Positions 45,634 through 55,663 of a DNA stretch of 64,000 nt are shown one piece after another; position 1 is the stretch's first letter; each line of letters starts with the position of its first letter. This DNA comes from a virus (lineage: Duplodnaviria > Caudoviricetes). Under the pieces are notes generated by a model that ran no database searches, was not told the DNA's origin, and saw only the letters and a program-made list of their open reading frames with translations. The translations under genes and the position numbers were made by a program. The DNA lies in IMG/VR virus record IMGVR_UViG_3300037878_000134, positions 16,139 through 80,138 of that record. One strand, 5' to 3'.

Positions 45634-47073
45634 ATGAGCACCCTGAAGTCCGAGCGCATCACATCCCTGGTTCCCGATCCGGCGAACCCGCGACGCATGA
45701 CTGACGAAGCGACGGCGGGCCTGGCGCGCAGCATGGAGCGCTTCGGGGCTCTGGACATCGTCTTCAACCGCCGGACGAAACAGCTGGTGTCCGGGCATCA
45801 GCGCGTGGCGGCGCTCAAGGCCGCGGGCGCGAAGAGCATCCAGCGGAGCGGCGACTGGGGCTTCATCCTGCACCCGAAGACCAAGGAGCGCTTCCCGGTG
45901 CGCTACGTCGACTGGACGCCCGAGGAGCAGCGCATCGCGAACATCACCGCCAACAACATGAACATCATGGGCGCGTTCCAGCCGCTGGTGCTGGAGCAGC
46001 TCGACGCGCTCAAGCTGGACGCGGACTTCGGAACGCTGCAGCTCGATGCGCTTCAGGTGCAGCAGTGGGAGAGTCAGCCCGAGCCCGACAGGAAGGATGG
46101 CAACTGTGACCCCGACGAGGTGCCCGAGCCCCCCGCCGAGCCGGTCTCGAAGCGCGGCGACCTGTGGATTCTGGGCGAGCATCGGCTGCTATGCGGCGAC
46201 TCCACGCAGGCTGAGGATGTGGCGCGCCTTCTCGGCACCGAAAAGCCTCACTTGATGGTCACTGACCCCCCCTATGGAGTGAAATACGATGCCGAGTGGA
46301 GAGACGAGGCCGCGAAACATTGCGCATCGATGGGCAACAGGAAAGATAGCGCGCTTGGGCGAGTCGCGAATGACGAGCGAGCAGACTGGCGCGAGGCCTG
46401 GGCACTCTTCCCCGGAGATGTTGGCTATGTGTGGCATGCAGACCTGCATGCCACGGAGGTGCTCGGATCCTTAGTGGCCGCTGGATTCAAGGCGCGCTCT
46501 CAGATCATTTGGGCCAAGAGCCACTTGGTCATCGGGAGAGGCGATTATCATTACCAGCACGAGCCTTGTTGGTACGTTGTGCGATCCGGCAAGACCGGGC
46601 ACTACAACGGCGACCGGACGCAAACGACGCTTTGGCAGATAGCCAAGCCGCAGAAGTCAGAGACCGGCCACAGCACGCAGAAGCCAGTGGAATGCATGTC
46701 ACGGCTCGTCGCGAACAATTCCAAGCGCGGTGAGTCCGTTTATGATCCATTCTGCGGCAGCGGCACCACGATCATCGCCGCCGAGATGCACGGCCGACGC
46801 TGCTTCGCCATGGAACTGGAGCCCCGCTATGTGGACGTAGCCGTAGCCCGATGGGAGAAGTTCACGGGCAAGGCCTCGGTGCTGGCGAGCACGGGTCAGC
46901 GGCTATCGGAGCTGAAAGCCGGCGGGCGACGCCGGGCCAAGGGCAATAGCCGGCACGAAGACGAGCGGGATGCAGCCATCGCCCGCGAACGGCTGGTGGA
47001 GATATCCGAGCACCCTGAGCGCGTAGTCAGCGGGACGGAAGTTGAATCCATCCTGGAAGCCAAGGCGCGGTAG
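45634..47073 (+). CDS. ParB-like domain + N4/N6 DNA methyltransferase fusion
   Basis: NPRRM...IVFN......SGHQR (ParB), HRLLCGDST, VTDPPYG, HSTQKP and YDPFCGSGTT. Confidence 0.9.
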   Translation: MSTLKSERITSLVPDPANPRRMTDEATAGLARSMERFGALDIVFNRRTKQLVSGHQRVAALKAAGAKSIQRSGDWGFILHPKTKERFPVRYVDWTPEEQRIANITANNMNIMGAFQPLVLEQLDALKLDADFGTLQLDALQVQQWESQPEPDRKDGNCDPDEVPEPPAEPVSKRGDLWILGEHRLLCGDSTQAEDVARLLGTEKPHLMVTDPPYGVKYDAEWRDEAAKHCASMGNRKDSALGRVANDERADWREAWALFPGDVGYVWHADLHATEVLGSLVAAGFKARSQIIWAKSHLVIGRGDYHYQHEPCWYVVRSGKTGHYNGDRTQTTLWQIAKPQKSETGHSTQKPVECMSRLVANNSKRGESVYDPFCGSGTTIIAAEMHGRRCFAMELEPRYVDVAVARWEKFTGKASVLASTGQRLSELKAGGRRRAKGNSRHEDERDAAIARERLVEISEHPERVVSGTEVESILEAKAR

Positions 47074-47075
47074 CG

Positions 47076-48596
47076 GTGGAAATCCAGTCGGTCGAGCTCG
47101 GTCAGAAGTTCGCGGCTCGCCCTCCACCCCTGGACTTTCTGCGCGCGGAAGCGAGCAAATACCGGCGCGAGCTCATCAAGCTGGCCCGCATCGACATGCC
47201 GACGTTTTTCTCGTTCGTCATGCGGGACGAGACCACGGGCGGCATGATGGAGGTGAGCGCGACGCAGAGGCTCTGGCATCGGCTGGCCGACAAGTACGAC
47301 CGGCTTGTGATGTGGTCACACATGGAGGCTGGCAAAACCCTCCAGATGTCCGTGGCGCGCACGCTCTGGGAGCTGGGCCGCAACCCGGGTCTCCGCTTCG
47401 CGATTGTGAGCGCGACGGCCACGCAGGCCGCGAAGATCGCAGGCCTCATCGGGAACTACGTCGTCAACTCGCCCGAGCTGCGGGAGGTCTTTCCCGACCT
47501 GGTTCCCGATCCCAATGGCCCGTGGAACACGCAGCAGCTCACGGTCAAGCGGCCCGGAGTCATGGCCAAGGATCCGAGCGTCCAGGTGGTAGGGATCGGC
47601 TCCAATATCCAGGGCTCGCGTCTCAACCGGGTGATCCTCGACGACGTGCTCACCTGGGACAACACGCACAGCCAGCACATGCGCGACGGGTGCTGGGACT
47701 GGTACCACAAGACGATACCAGGCCGCGTCTCGCCCGTGGATGGGCGGATCCTCGGGATCGGGAACGTCTGGCACAACCAAGACTTGCTGCATCGGCTGGC
47801 AGACAACCCGCTCTGGCACGGCTTCAAGTTTCCCATCCAGAACCCGGACGGCAGCTCGACCTGCCCGCAGCGCTGGTCGCTTGAGCGCATCGCGAAACGC
47901 CGGCTGGAGCTCGGCCCCATCGAGTCGCAAATCCAGCTCGACTGCGTCTGCGTGGACGACTCGGCGTCTCGATTCCGGCGCGATTGGATCGATAAGTGCT
48001 TGGGGCGCGGCAATGGCAAAGTGCCGCCGTATGCCATTCGCGAAGTGCCGTATGGCTGCAGCGTCTATTGCGGGGTGGACCTGGCGGTCGGACTCGACGC
48101 CAAGAACGACCTAACCGTGCTCTTCGTTTTGCTCATCCACCCGAATGGAGATCGTGAAGTCCTGTGGGTGGAGAGCGGGCGTTGGAAGGTCACGGACATC
48201 ATGGCCAAGGTGGTGGAGTTCTCCCGCCGCTTCCACCCCATCTTCGTGGTCGAAACGGTCGCCGCGCAAGATTGGCTCCGCCAGATCCTACAAGAGACGA
48301 CGGCGATCCCCATCGTCCCGTACAACACGACAGCCGCCAAGAAGTGGGACGCGACGTTCGGCCTTGAGACGATGGGAGCGGAGATGGCGGCGGCGAAGTG
48401 GATCATCCCCAACCAGGGCGGCCAGTGCAGTCCCGACATCCAGGCCTGGATCGGCGAGATGCTGGTCTACAACTCCCGTGACCATACCGGCGACAGGTTG
48501 ATGGCCGCCTTTTTCGCCAAAGAGGGCGAGCGTCTCTCCCAAGGCGACAGGCCTCCCGAGGTCGGCGAAGTACGGCTGAAGTTGGGAAACTGGTAA
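47076..48596 (+). CDS. terL: Terminase large subunit
   Basis: Walker A EAGKT, Walker B VILDDV, RNase H-like GVDLA and DHTGDRLMA. Confidence 0.9.
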   Translation: MEIQSVELGQKFAARPPPLDFLRAEASKYRRELIKLARIDMPTFFSFVMRDETTGGMMEVSATQRLWHRLADKYDRLVMWSHMEAGKTLQMSVARTLWELGRNPGLRFAIVSATATQAAKIAGLIGNYVVNSPELREVFPDLVPDPNGPWNTQQLTVKRPGVMAKDPSVQVVGIGSNIQGSRLNRVILDDVLTWDNTHSQHMRDGCWDWYHKTIPGRVSPVDGRILGIGNVWHNQDLLHRLADNPLWHGFKFPIQNPDGSSTCPQRWSLERIAKRRLELGPIESQIQLDCVCVDDSASRFRRDWIDKCLGRGNGKVPPYAIREVPYGCSVYCGVDLAVGLDAKNDLTVLFVLLIHPNGDREVLWVESGRWKVTDIMAKVVEFSRRFHPIFVVETVAAQDWLRQILQETTAIPIVPYNTTAAKKWDATFGLETMGAEMAAAKWIIPNQGGQCSPDIQAWIGEMLVYNSRDHTGDRLMAAFFAKEGERLSQGDRPPEVGEVRLKLGNW

Positions 48597-48607
48597 GATA
48601 CGAAGCA

Positions 48608-50260
48608 ATGGCAAGCGCACTTTCCCGAGATCCGGTCTATGGCGCGGCCCGCACGGTCGATGCCGTCAACGACAAGATGCTGGTGCAGGCCAAGCTCAAG
48701 CGGCTGGGCATGTCGCCGCGACAGATGGAGCTGAACCGGATGTATTCCTACTTCCGCACCCAGCAGCACGAGAGCTGCGCGATCGACTGGGACGGCTCCG
48801 AGCACTCCGACCCGGTCACCCGAGAGGCCATTGTGACCCAGCGAACGATGCCGCCGGGCTACAAGGACCTGGGCAGCATCTCGGATCTGCCGCTGCGCTA
48901 CCGCCGCCCTTCCGTGCCCTGCCACCTGTGCAAGGTCATCGTCTCCCGCTTCACCGGGCTACTCTTCAGCGAGGAGACGCACCCGACGTGGAAGGTGCTC
49001 GGAGATCCCGACACCGAGGCTTGGATTGCCGCCGTGACCAAGCACTATGGCCTGTGGTCCAAGCTGGCGCTCGTGCGCGACATGGGCGGGGCGATGGGCA
49101 CGCCCGTCATGGGCTTCAAGATCATCGATGGCCGCGTGATTTTCGAGGAGTTCGACGCGCGCTGGTGTTTCCCCAAGTTCGAGGTCAGAAACCCGAAAGA
49201 GCTTGAGGAGCTCGAAGTCAAGTACATCTACCCGAAGGACGTGCAAGACGAAGAGACCGGCGACTGGCGCGAGGAGAACTACTGGTACCGGCGGCTCATC
49301 ACCAAAAGCGCCGACGTCCTGTGGAAGCCGATCGCCGTGGGCGATGGGGATGAGCCCAACTGGCAGGATCCGCAGAACGTGGCGGACGGGCGCGAGCACA
49401 ACCTGGGGTTTGTCCCGATTGAATGGGGCCAGAACATCGAGGTCAGCGGCGATGTGGACGGCGATCCCGATTGCATGGGCGCGTACGACTACTTCGATCG
49501 CATCGGCGAGCTGGACTCTCAGGGCCACAAGGGAGCCCTGCGGAACGCCGACCCCACCCCGGTGGTGGAGAGCGACGGGAATCTCACCAACGTGAAGCTC
49601 GGCTCGGAAATGGCGCTCAAGCTCGAGAAGGGCGCCAGCGCCCACTACCTGGAGATCGCCGGCGGCTCGGTGAAAGCTGCGGCCGATCAGGCCGATCGGC
49701 TGCGCAGCAAGGCGCTGGAGGTGTGCGAGTGCGTGCTGCCCGACCAGGAAGCCACGGACGGAGCGCCCCAGACCGCCACCGAGATCCACAAGCGCACCGC
49801 CGCCATGTACGCCAGGGCCGCCCGCTTGCGCGAGCAGTACGGAAACCGGCTGGTGGTGCCGCTTATGCAGAAGCTCGTGCGCGTCGCCCGAAAGGTCACC
49901 TCGGCCAGTAAGGGCCCGGATGGGAGCATCGTTCGCGGCGGCATCAGCCTGCCTCCCGCCATAGAGGGCAAGCAAGCAAAAGAGATCCGGCTCGGGAACG
50001 TGCAGAGCGCCCAGCTCGAGCTGGTGTGGCCGCCCTTCTCGGTGCCGACCGCGGACGAAGGCAATACGGTCGTGACCGCCACGGCAGCCGCGGTCAACGC
50101 CCGCGTCGTGTCGCGCGAAACCGCCGTGCGACATGTGGCGCCCGTGTTCAACATCGAGGACATCGACGCGGAGCTGGAGAAGATCAAGAAGGACGGGCCA
50201 CCCCCCGGCCAGGACCTGGCCGCGGCCGGACTGGGGAATCTGCAGCAAGGGGCGGAATAG
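48608..50260 (+). CDS. Portal protein
   Basis: 550 aa directly after TerL; HNLGFVPIEW, SRETAV..VAPVFNIEDIDAELEKI (SPP1-like). Confidence 0.85.
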   Translation: MASALSRDPVYGAARTVDAVNDKMLVQAKLKRLGMSPRQMELNRMYSYFRTQQHESCAIDWDGSEHSDPVTREAIVTQRTMPPGYKDLGSISDLPLRYRRPSVPCHLCKVIVSRFTGLLFSEETHPTWKVLGDPDTEAWIAAVTKHYGLWSKLALVRDMGGAMGTPVMGFKIIDGRVIFEEFDARWCFPKFEVRNPKELEELEVKYIYPKDVQDEETGDWREENYWYRRLITKSADVLWKPIAVGDGDEPNWQDPQNVADGREHNLGFVPIEWGQNIEVSGDVDGDPDCMGAYDYFDRIGELDSQGHKGALRNADPTPVVESDGNLTNVKLGSEMALKLEKGASAHYLEIAGGSVKAAADQADRLRSKALEVCECVLPDQEATDGAPQTATEIHKRTAAMYARAARLREQYGNRLVVPLMQKLVRVARKVTSASKGPDGSIVRGGISLPPAIEGKQAKEIRLGNVQSAQLELVWPPFSVPTADEGNTVVTATAAAVNARVVSRETAVRHVAPVFNIEDIDAELEKIKKDGPPPGQDLAAAGLGNLQQGAE

Positions 50261-50481
50261 TGCAAGCAGGACAGTGTTTGCGTGTATCGCTTCCGCTGGA
50301 CGGAGGAGGCGAAGCGCCAGCGATCGTGCGGGTAGTGAGCTGGGATGCCAGAAAGCAGGTTTTCTGTTGCGAAGTTAACTCGTGTCCACCGTGGGGCTAC
50401 ACGTGGCTATGGGGCCCCAGTGTGCGCTTGAGACGCGAAACGGTTGAGAGAGCATTTCCTGTGGGGGCCGAGTAACGAGCC

Positions 50482-51651
50482 GTGTACATCGGCCTGGACT
50501 TCGACGGCACCATCGTGACCCAGGAGCGTCCCTACGAGGACGTCACGAGCCCCCTGGAGTTTGTCGAAGGTGCCCGAGAAGGCCTGCTGGCACTGAAGGC
50601 GGCGGGACACGTTCTGATGCTGTGGTCAGCCCGGGCTTCCCGCGCGCTGCTGCTGGACCCGTCGCTCGACCCGCTGGTCCGCTGCGGGGCCAAGGAGGTC
50701 AACCGCGCGGCCTGGGAGCAGTCCCGGCACGTCCACCGAGCTCGCTACGATCAGATGATCGACTTCGTGGAACGCGAGCTGCCCGGGGTGTTCGCCTGCA
50801 TCGACGACGGCTTGGGCGGCAAACCGCTGGTCGATCTCTTCATCGAAGACAAGGCCTTTGTCATGCGCGGCCCGGGGACTTGGGCGCGGCTCGTGCGCAC
50901 CTACGGCGAGCCCCCGGAGGGCGAGCCATTCGTGCCGCTGGCGCTGCTCGACCGCCCGGTGGCCTCACTCAACCTGGTGCCGACCGGCCCGCTCAAGGAC
51001 ATCATCGCGTCGGTCGTGGCCGAGCTGAAAGCCGCCGGCATCACCCACTTCGAGCCCCACTTCGCCCTGGGCGACGCCGGGTTCTGGTGCGCGGACCGGG
51101 CCATCACGGTGAACATTCCCTGGTACCTGGCCACCCCGGAGCTCAAGCAGCTCGCCGAGCCCCGCTATCCGACATACTGGAGCGACGTCCTGCGCGGTGT
51201 GCGCCACGAGGTCGGCCACGCGGTCAACTACGCCTTCGAGCTCTGGAAGCGCGACGACTGGAAGAAGACGTTCGGCGACTTCAAGCAGCCCTACCCCGAG
51301 TCGCGGCCCTGGCCCTACGTGGCCGACAGCCCGGACTTCGTGCAGTACGTCAAGGACAGCGGCCCGGGATATGCGCAGAGACACCCGGACGAGGACTTCG
51401 CCGAGACGTTCGCCGTTTGGCTCGACCCCGGCAGCCACTGGCCCGAGCGCTACACCGCGGGCGCGCTGAAGAAGCTCAACTACGTGGCCTTTCTCGGCCA
51501 CCGAGTGCTGGGCGGCTGGCCCACGAACCTCAAGCTCGGGGTGCCGCGCGAGTGGCGCGCAGCGTACCCGGGCCAGACTGTTGCGCAGGCGCTCGCAGTC
51601 CCGGAGCCGCCGATCGAAGGGGCGGTAACGCCCACCGAAATGCACGAATAG
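50482..51651 (+). CDS. HAD-like domain fused to an HExxH zinc metallopeptidase-like domain
   Basis: IGLDFDGTIV (HAD motif I); RHEVGHAVNYA and YAQRHPDEDFAETFAVWL. Confidence 0.8.
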   Translation: MYIGLDFDGTIVTQERPYEDVTSPLEFVEGAREGLLALKAAGHVLMLWSARASRALLLDPSLDPLVRCGAKEVNRAAWEQSRHVHRARYDQMIDFVERELPGVFACIDDGLGGKPLVDLFIEDKAFVMRGPGTWARLVRTYGEPPEGEPFVPLALLDRPVASLNLVPTGPLKDIIASVVAELKAAGITHFEPHFALGDAGFWCADRAITVNIPWYLATPELKQLAEPRYPTYWSDVLRGVRHEVGHAVNYAFELWKRDDWKKTFGDFKQPYPESRPWPYVADSPDFVQYVKDSGPGYAQRHPDEDFAETFAVWLDPGSHWPERYTAGALKKLNYVAFLGHRVLGGWPTNLKLGVPREWRAAYPGQTVAQALAVPEPPIEGAVTPTEMHE

Positions 51652-51659
51652 GACATCAC

Positions 51660-52735
51660 GTGAACCAACCGAACTGTCTCCATGCCAAGGCACTCGCAGA
51701 GCAGCTCCTAGGGCACGAAGTCGAATCCGCCTGCTTCGAGAACGGCCTCCTCCGGGTGGTACGGAAAGCCATCATGCCGCGGCAGATCATTATCAACTGC
51801 ACCATCGGCCCAGGCCCGGAGCTGAACGCTGAGCGGGCACGCTTCCTGTCGGTGCTGAAATGAACGAACCCAACTGCCCCGAAGGGCAAGCGGAGCCGAA
51901 GCCGGGCGAAGCCCCCGCGCCGCCCGCCCCCAAGGAAGTCGAAGATCTCCCCGGGCCGCGAGCGATCAGTCTCGCTGGCGCCAAGGAGCTGGTCCGCATG
52001 AACCGACGTCAGCGTCTGGTCTTCCACTCCGAGCGCAGGCGGGGCGCTTCGGAAGAGGAGGCCATGCAGGCCGCCCGTCGGGCCCTGCCTTGGAGGTGAA
52101 CCAATGGGCAAAGACGCGCGCATCCGCAACGAGCGAGGCTACCTGAACAAGTCCTTCCACGGCCGGGCCACCGCCCAAGAGGTCTGGCGCCAGACTCTCA
52201 TGAAGAACCACCGCTGCAAGTGCGGGGCGCTCCCCGTGGCCTCGGCCGCGCTGTTCTGTCCGGCGGCCGACTTCGAGCGGGAGTTCCCCGCGCTCGCCGT
52301 CAAGTACGCCACCGAGAACGCGGGCAGCATTCCCATCGTAAAATTCAAGAGCTCGGGCAGCGTGCGGGCCTTCGTCGCCCTGCCGGTCAAGTACGCCTGC
52401 CAGCAGTGCTTGCCCGAGCTGGAGCGGCTCATGGCGCATAAGCCGTCCTGGATGCTGTGCGAATTCCACCGCGGGCCCGCGGCCGACCGGCCGATGGAAC
52501 AGGTGCCCCGATCATGTTGAACGCGCTTCTCCTGCTGCTGTTCTCCCTGGTCTGGGTGGTGCTGCTGGTGGCTTGGCGTGCGCTTGCGCGGGCGCGTGCG
52601 CGCGAAGCGTGGCTGTGCCGGGAGTACGCCAAGGTCCTGACGTTCGCCTTTGGGCGGTACTGCCAGCAGCGGGAGCTCGAAGCTCTAGTGATGGGCAAGA
52701 CACCGCCGCCCACGAGACAAGAACTGCCGCAGTAA
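51660..52735 (+). CDS. Small hypothetical ORFs (about 51660..51863, 51860..52099, 52104..52520 zinc-binding, 52514..52735 TM)
   Basis: Overlapping starts and stops on the coding strand. Confidence 0.5.
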
Positions 52736-52772
52736 CCGCCCAATCCAACGCCTGGAACAAGGAGAGCCCCAC

Positions 52773-53270
52773 GTGGGAAAAGCCAGCCTCGACTACATGA
52801 ACGCCAAGAAGAAGGACTTCACACCCCGCGAGCCCGAGAAGAAGCTCTCGGCGCAGGAGCGCTTGGCACTGCGGAAGCTCCGCCGGGAAGCCAAGGCGGC
52901 TGGCGCCACATTGGAAAGCAACGGGGAGGGCGGGCTCGCGCCCTCCCTGGTTCTGGGCGTGATGAGACGGGACCGTTTCCGCTGCACAAACGAGCACTGC
53001 CCCGATCCCAAGAAAGCTCTTACAGTGGACCACATCAGTGGACACCCCAAGGAGATCGCGGCCAGTGGAGAGGCGCGCCGGCGCAAAGATCTGAAGCGCG
53101 GGGTCGCGCTCGGGCACATCAACACGCCGGCGGCCATCCACACGTTGTGTGCCCACTGCCACGATGAAGTGCACACCCGAGAGCGGGAAATCGATTCTGG
53201 CAAGAAGCCCGAGCCGATGCCCGGAGAGAAAGGCGGGAGCAAAAAGCTATGCGGCACCTCGACTCCCTAG
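52773..53270 (+). CDS. HNH endonuclease
   Basis: RDRFRCTNEHC...LTVDHISG...TLCAHCHDEVH. Confidence 0.85.
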   Translation: MGKASLDYMNAKKKDFTPREPEKKLSAQERLALRKLRREAKAAGATLESNGEGGLAPSLVLGVMRRDRFRCTNEHCPDPKKALTVDHISGHPKEIAASGEARRRKDLKRGVALGHINTPAAIHTLCAHCHDEVHTREREIDSGKKPEPMPGEKGGSKKLCGTSTP

Positions 53271-54190
53271 CCGCCCGCACGCCGATCATCCCCACGGTGA
53301 GCAAGCGCAAGCTGCTCGAGGAACGCATCGTCGTGTTCCGCAAGATGCTGGCGGAACGCTTGCGAAAGGCTCGCCAGAACTGCGAGAAAGCCTACGTCAC
53401 CGATCTGAGCGCCGCTATCCGGCGGTGCAAGAAGGAAATCGCCGGCCTGGAACCACGGGAGTAAGGCCATGCCGTACAAGCTCAAGAAAACCAAGAGCGG
53501 CAAGTACCAGGTGGTGCGCGCCGACACTGGCCGAGTGGTCAGCAAGGCCAAGACAAAAGCCGAGGCCGCTGCCCACCTGCGGGCGCTCTACGCCAATGTG
53601 AAGCACTGAGGGAAAAGGAGGTTCCAAATGTCCATTTTATCCGTTCTCGTCTTCATCATCGTTGTCGGTGTCTTGCTCTGGGCGGTCAACGCCTACGTCC
53701 CGATGGCCCCGCCGATCAAGAAGCTGCTCAACATCGTCGTGGTGCTCTGCCTCGTGCTGTGGTTGCTGTGGGCGTTCGGCGTGCTCGACTATCTGGAGCT
53801 GCCACGCGGTCACCATCTGCGCCGTTGACCCCGGGGCGTCCCATGGGTAGTGTCGAAAGACTGGCGCGATTAGCCAAGCCGCAAGACCCAAGGTGCGCCA
53901 GTTGCCATCCCTGGTCTCCTTCGGGGGAGCGAACAGCAAGGCATGAACCGGGGTCTTAGTCAATGTCATCCCCGTCACCAGAAGCGCGTGCGCGTCTCAA
54001 GCGAGAGCTGATGGCGGAATGGGAGCAGGTCCCGAACCGCACGCAGCTCAGCGCGGCCCAGTTTGCCACTTGGGGCGTGCGCCGCCTGGTCGAAATCGTC
54101 GCCGATCTCCAGGAGCAGGTGAACCGGCTGGAGGCCGTCGCGCACTTGCACGGGGAACCGAAAGACGCTGGCTTCGGGTTGGACGGTTGA
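53249..54190 (+). CDS. Small ORFs: 53249..53464; 53469..53609 (MPYKLKK...LRALYAN basic protein); 53628..53828 (Thivi_2564-like two-TM protein); 53963..54190
   Basis: RBSs present; short conserved-looking motifs. Confidence 0.55.
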
Positions 54191-54374
54191 GATGCCGCCA
54201 TTCCAGCTCATCAAGAAGCTCTTCGTGCGGCAAGCACACGGACCGTCGCTCACCCGATTCGCGCTCATCTACGGCCTTGAGCGCCGGTGGTACGAGCGGA
54301 TCCCTTGGTTGGGCGATCGCTGGCTGCGACGCCGGACGCGCTGGGCAATGCGAAACGAGCAGGGGTAAGCAGTC

Positions 54375-55328
54375 GTGGCGGACAAGAAGATCTACGACGA
54401 AGTCATCGGGCAGCACCGGCGCACCCTCGACCGACTCATCGAGCGCGGCGCCGTGGAGCGCGTGCGCCGCGTGTACCAGCGCGCGACCGCGGAAGTCTTG
54501 AAGAAGCTGGCCAACATCGGGCCGCTCAAGAAGAGCCTTACCGAAATGCAGCTCCGGCAGATCCTGGCGCAGCTCATCTCCGGCCAGATCCACATCGCGG
54601 GGGAGATGGCCGCCACCCTGTCGAACGCCAGCCGGGAAGCTCAAATCGACTCGCTCCACAGCCTGCTGCGCGGCTACAAGAAGCTCGAACGCCACTTCAC
54701 CGGGAAAGCCCCCAGCTTACCCATCGAGGAAGCCGCCCGCTTTGCCGGCCTTATCGACAAGCGGCGAGGCTCGCTCTTGGAGCAGCACGAGAGCTCGATG
54801 CGGCGCTACGGCCGCATGGTGGTCGCAGAGATCAATATTGAGCTGAAGATTTCTTTGGCCGCCGGCGAGACCTTGGACGAGGCTCGCGACCGCGTCGACA
54901 AAGTCATCGACGGCGAGACCTGGCAAGCAGAGCGCATTGCTAGGACCGAAACATCGTGGGCGGCAAATATCACGCACGTCGACGGCATCAAGGAGATCGC
55001 GCAGGAAGTCCCCGACCTCTATCAGCAGTGGATCGAAAACTGCGACGCCTCCGGGCAGCCCAATGATCATCGCGTGGGCGTGGATTCTCTCGCGATGCAC
55101 TTGCAGTTGGCGAAGCCCGGCGGGATGTTCACGATGCCGGCGCACGCGCCGGTCCCGGACGCCGAGGGCAAGACCGAGGTGTCCAAGTCGCTGGTGGGCG
55201 AGTCCTGGGCGGCCCCCCCTTGCCGGCCGAACGGCCGCGAGACCGTGGCGCCTTGGCGCAGGGCCTGGGGCATGCCGGGCTGGGAATACCGGGATGGGCA
55301 ACGGCATTGGCTGGTGAGGCGCTCTTGA
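54375..55328 (+). CDS. Mu gpF-like head morphogenesis (minor capsid) protein
   Basis: AERIARTETSWA motif and C-terminal PPCRPNGRE; head-module context. Confidence 0.8.
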   Translation: MADKKIYDEVIGQHRRTLDRLIERGAVERVRRVYQRATAEVLKKLANIGPLKKSLTEMQLRQILAQLISGQIHIAGEMAATLSNASREAQIDSLHSLLRGYKKLERHFTGKAPSLPIEEAARFAGLIDKRRGSLLEQHESSMRRYGRMVVAEINIELKISLAAGETLDEARDRVDKVIDGETWQAERIARTETSWAANITHVDGIKEIAQEVPDLYQQWIENCDASGQPNDHRVGVDSLAMHLQLAKPGGMFTMPAHAPVPDAEGKTEVSKSLVGESWAAPPCRPNGRETVAPWRRAWGMPGWEYRDGQRHWLVRRS

Positions 55329-55654
55329 CCAAACGCGAAACCTTCGAACGCAGCCTGGCGGAATGCTACGAGGTCGTCGTGACACTCATCCCGACACCCC
55401 ACATCGAGTTACCGGCGGGAGCTTGGCGCCAAGGCCCCACGCCCGACTGTCTCTCGACGCTCTTTTCGGTCTTGATCTACGGACTGGACTTGCCCCAGCC
55501 TCTCTCAGATCTCGATGTCACCGACGAAGGTATCCGGGCCACCCTGTCATTCCGGGGCAAGCGCTCGCCGACGTTCGTTCCCTGGGCGTCCGTCATCGGG
55601 ATCATCGGCAAGGGACAGCGCCCGAAGCAAGGGGCGCAGCTCAGGAGCGTCTGA
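55325..55654 (+). CDS. SspB-like ClpXP adaptor
   Basis: YGLDLPQPLSDLDVTDEGIRATLSF.G....FVPWASVIGI core and C-terminal QLRSV (XB-like tail); TTG start overlaps the upstream stop. Confidence 0.75.
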   Translation: MTKRETFERSLAECYEVVVTLIPTPHIELPAGAWRQGPTPDCLSTLFSVLIYGLDLPQPLSDLDVTDEGIRATLSFRGKRSPTFVPWASVIGIIGKGQRPKQGAQLRSV

Positions 55655-55663
55655 TGCCTCACG

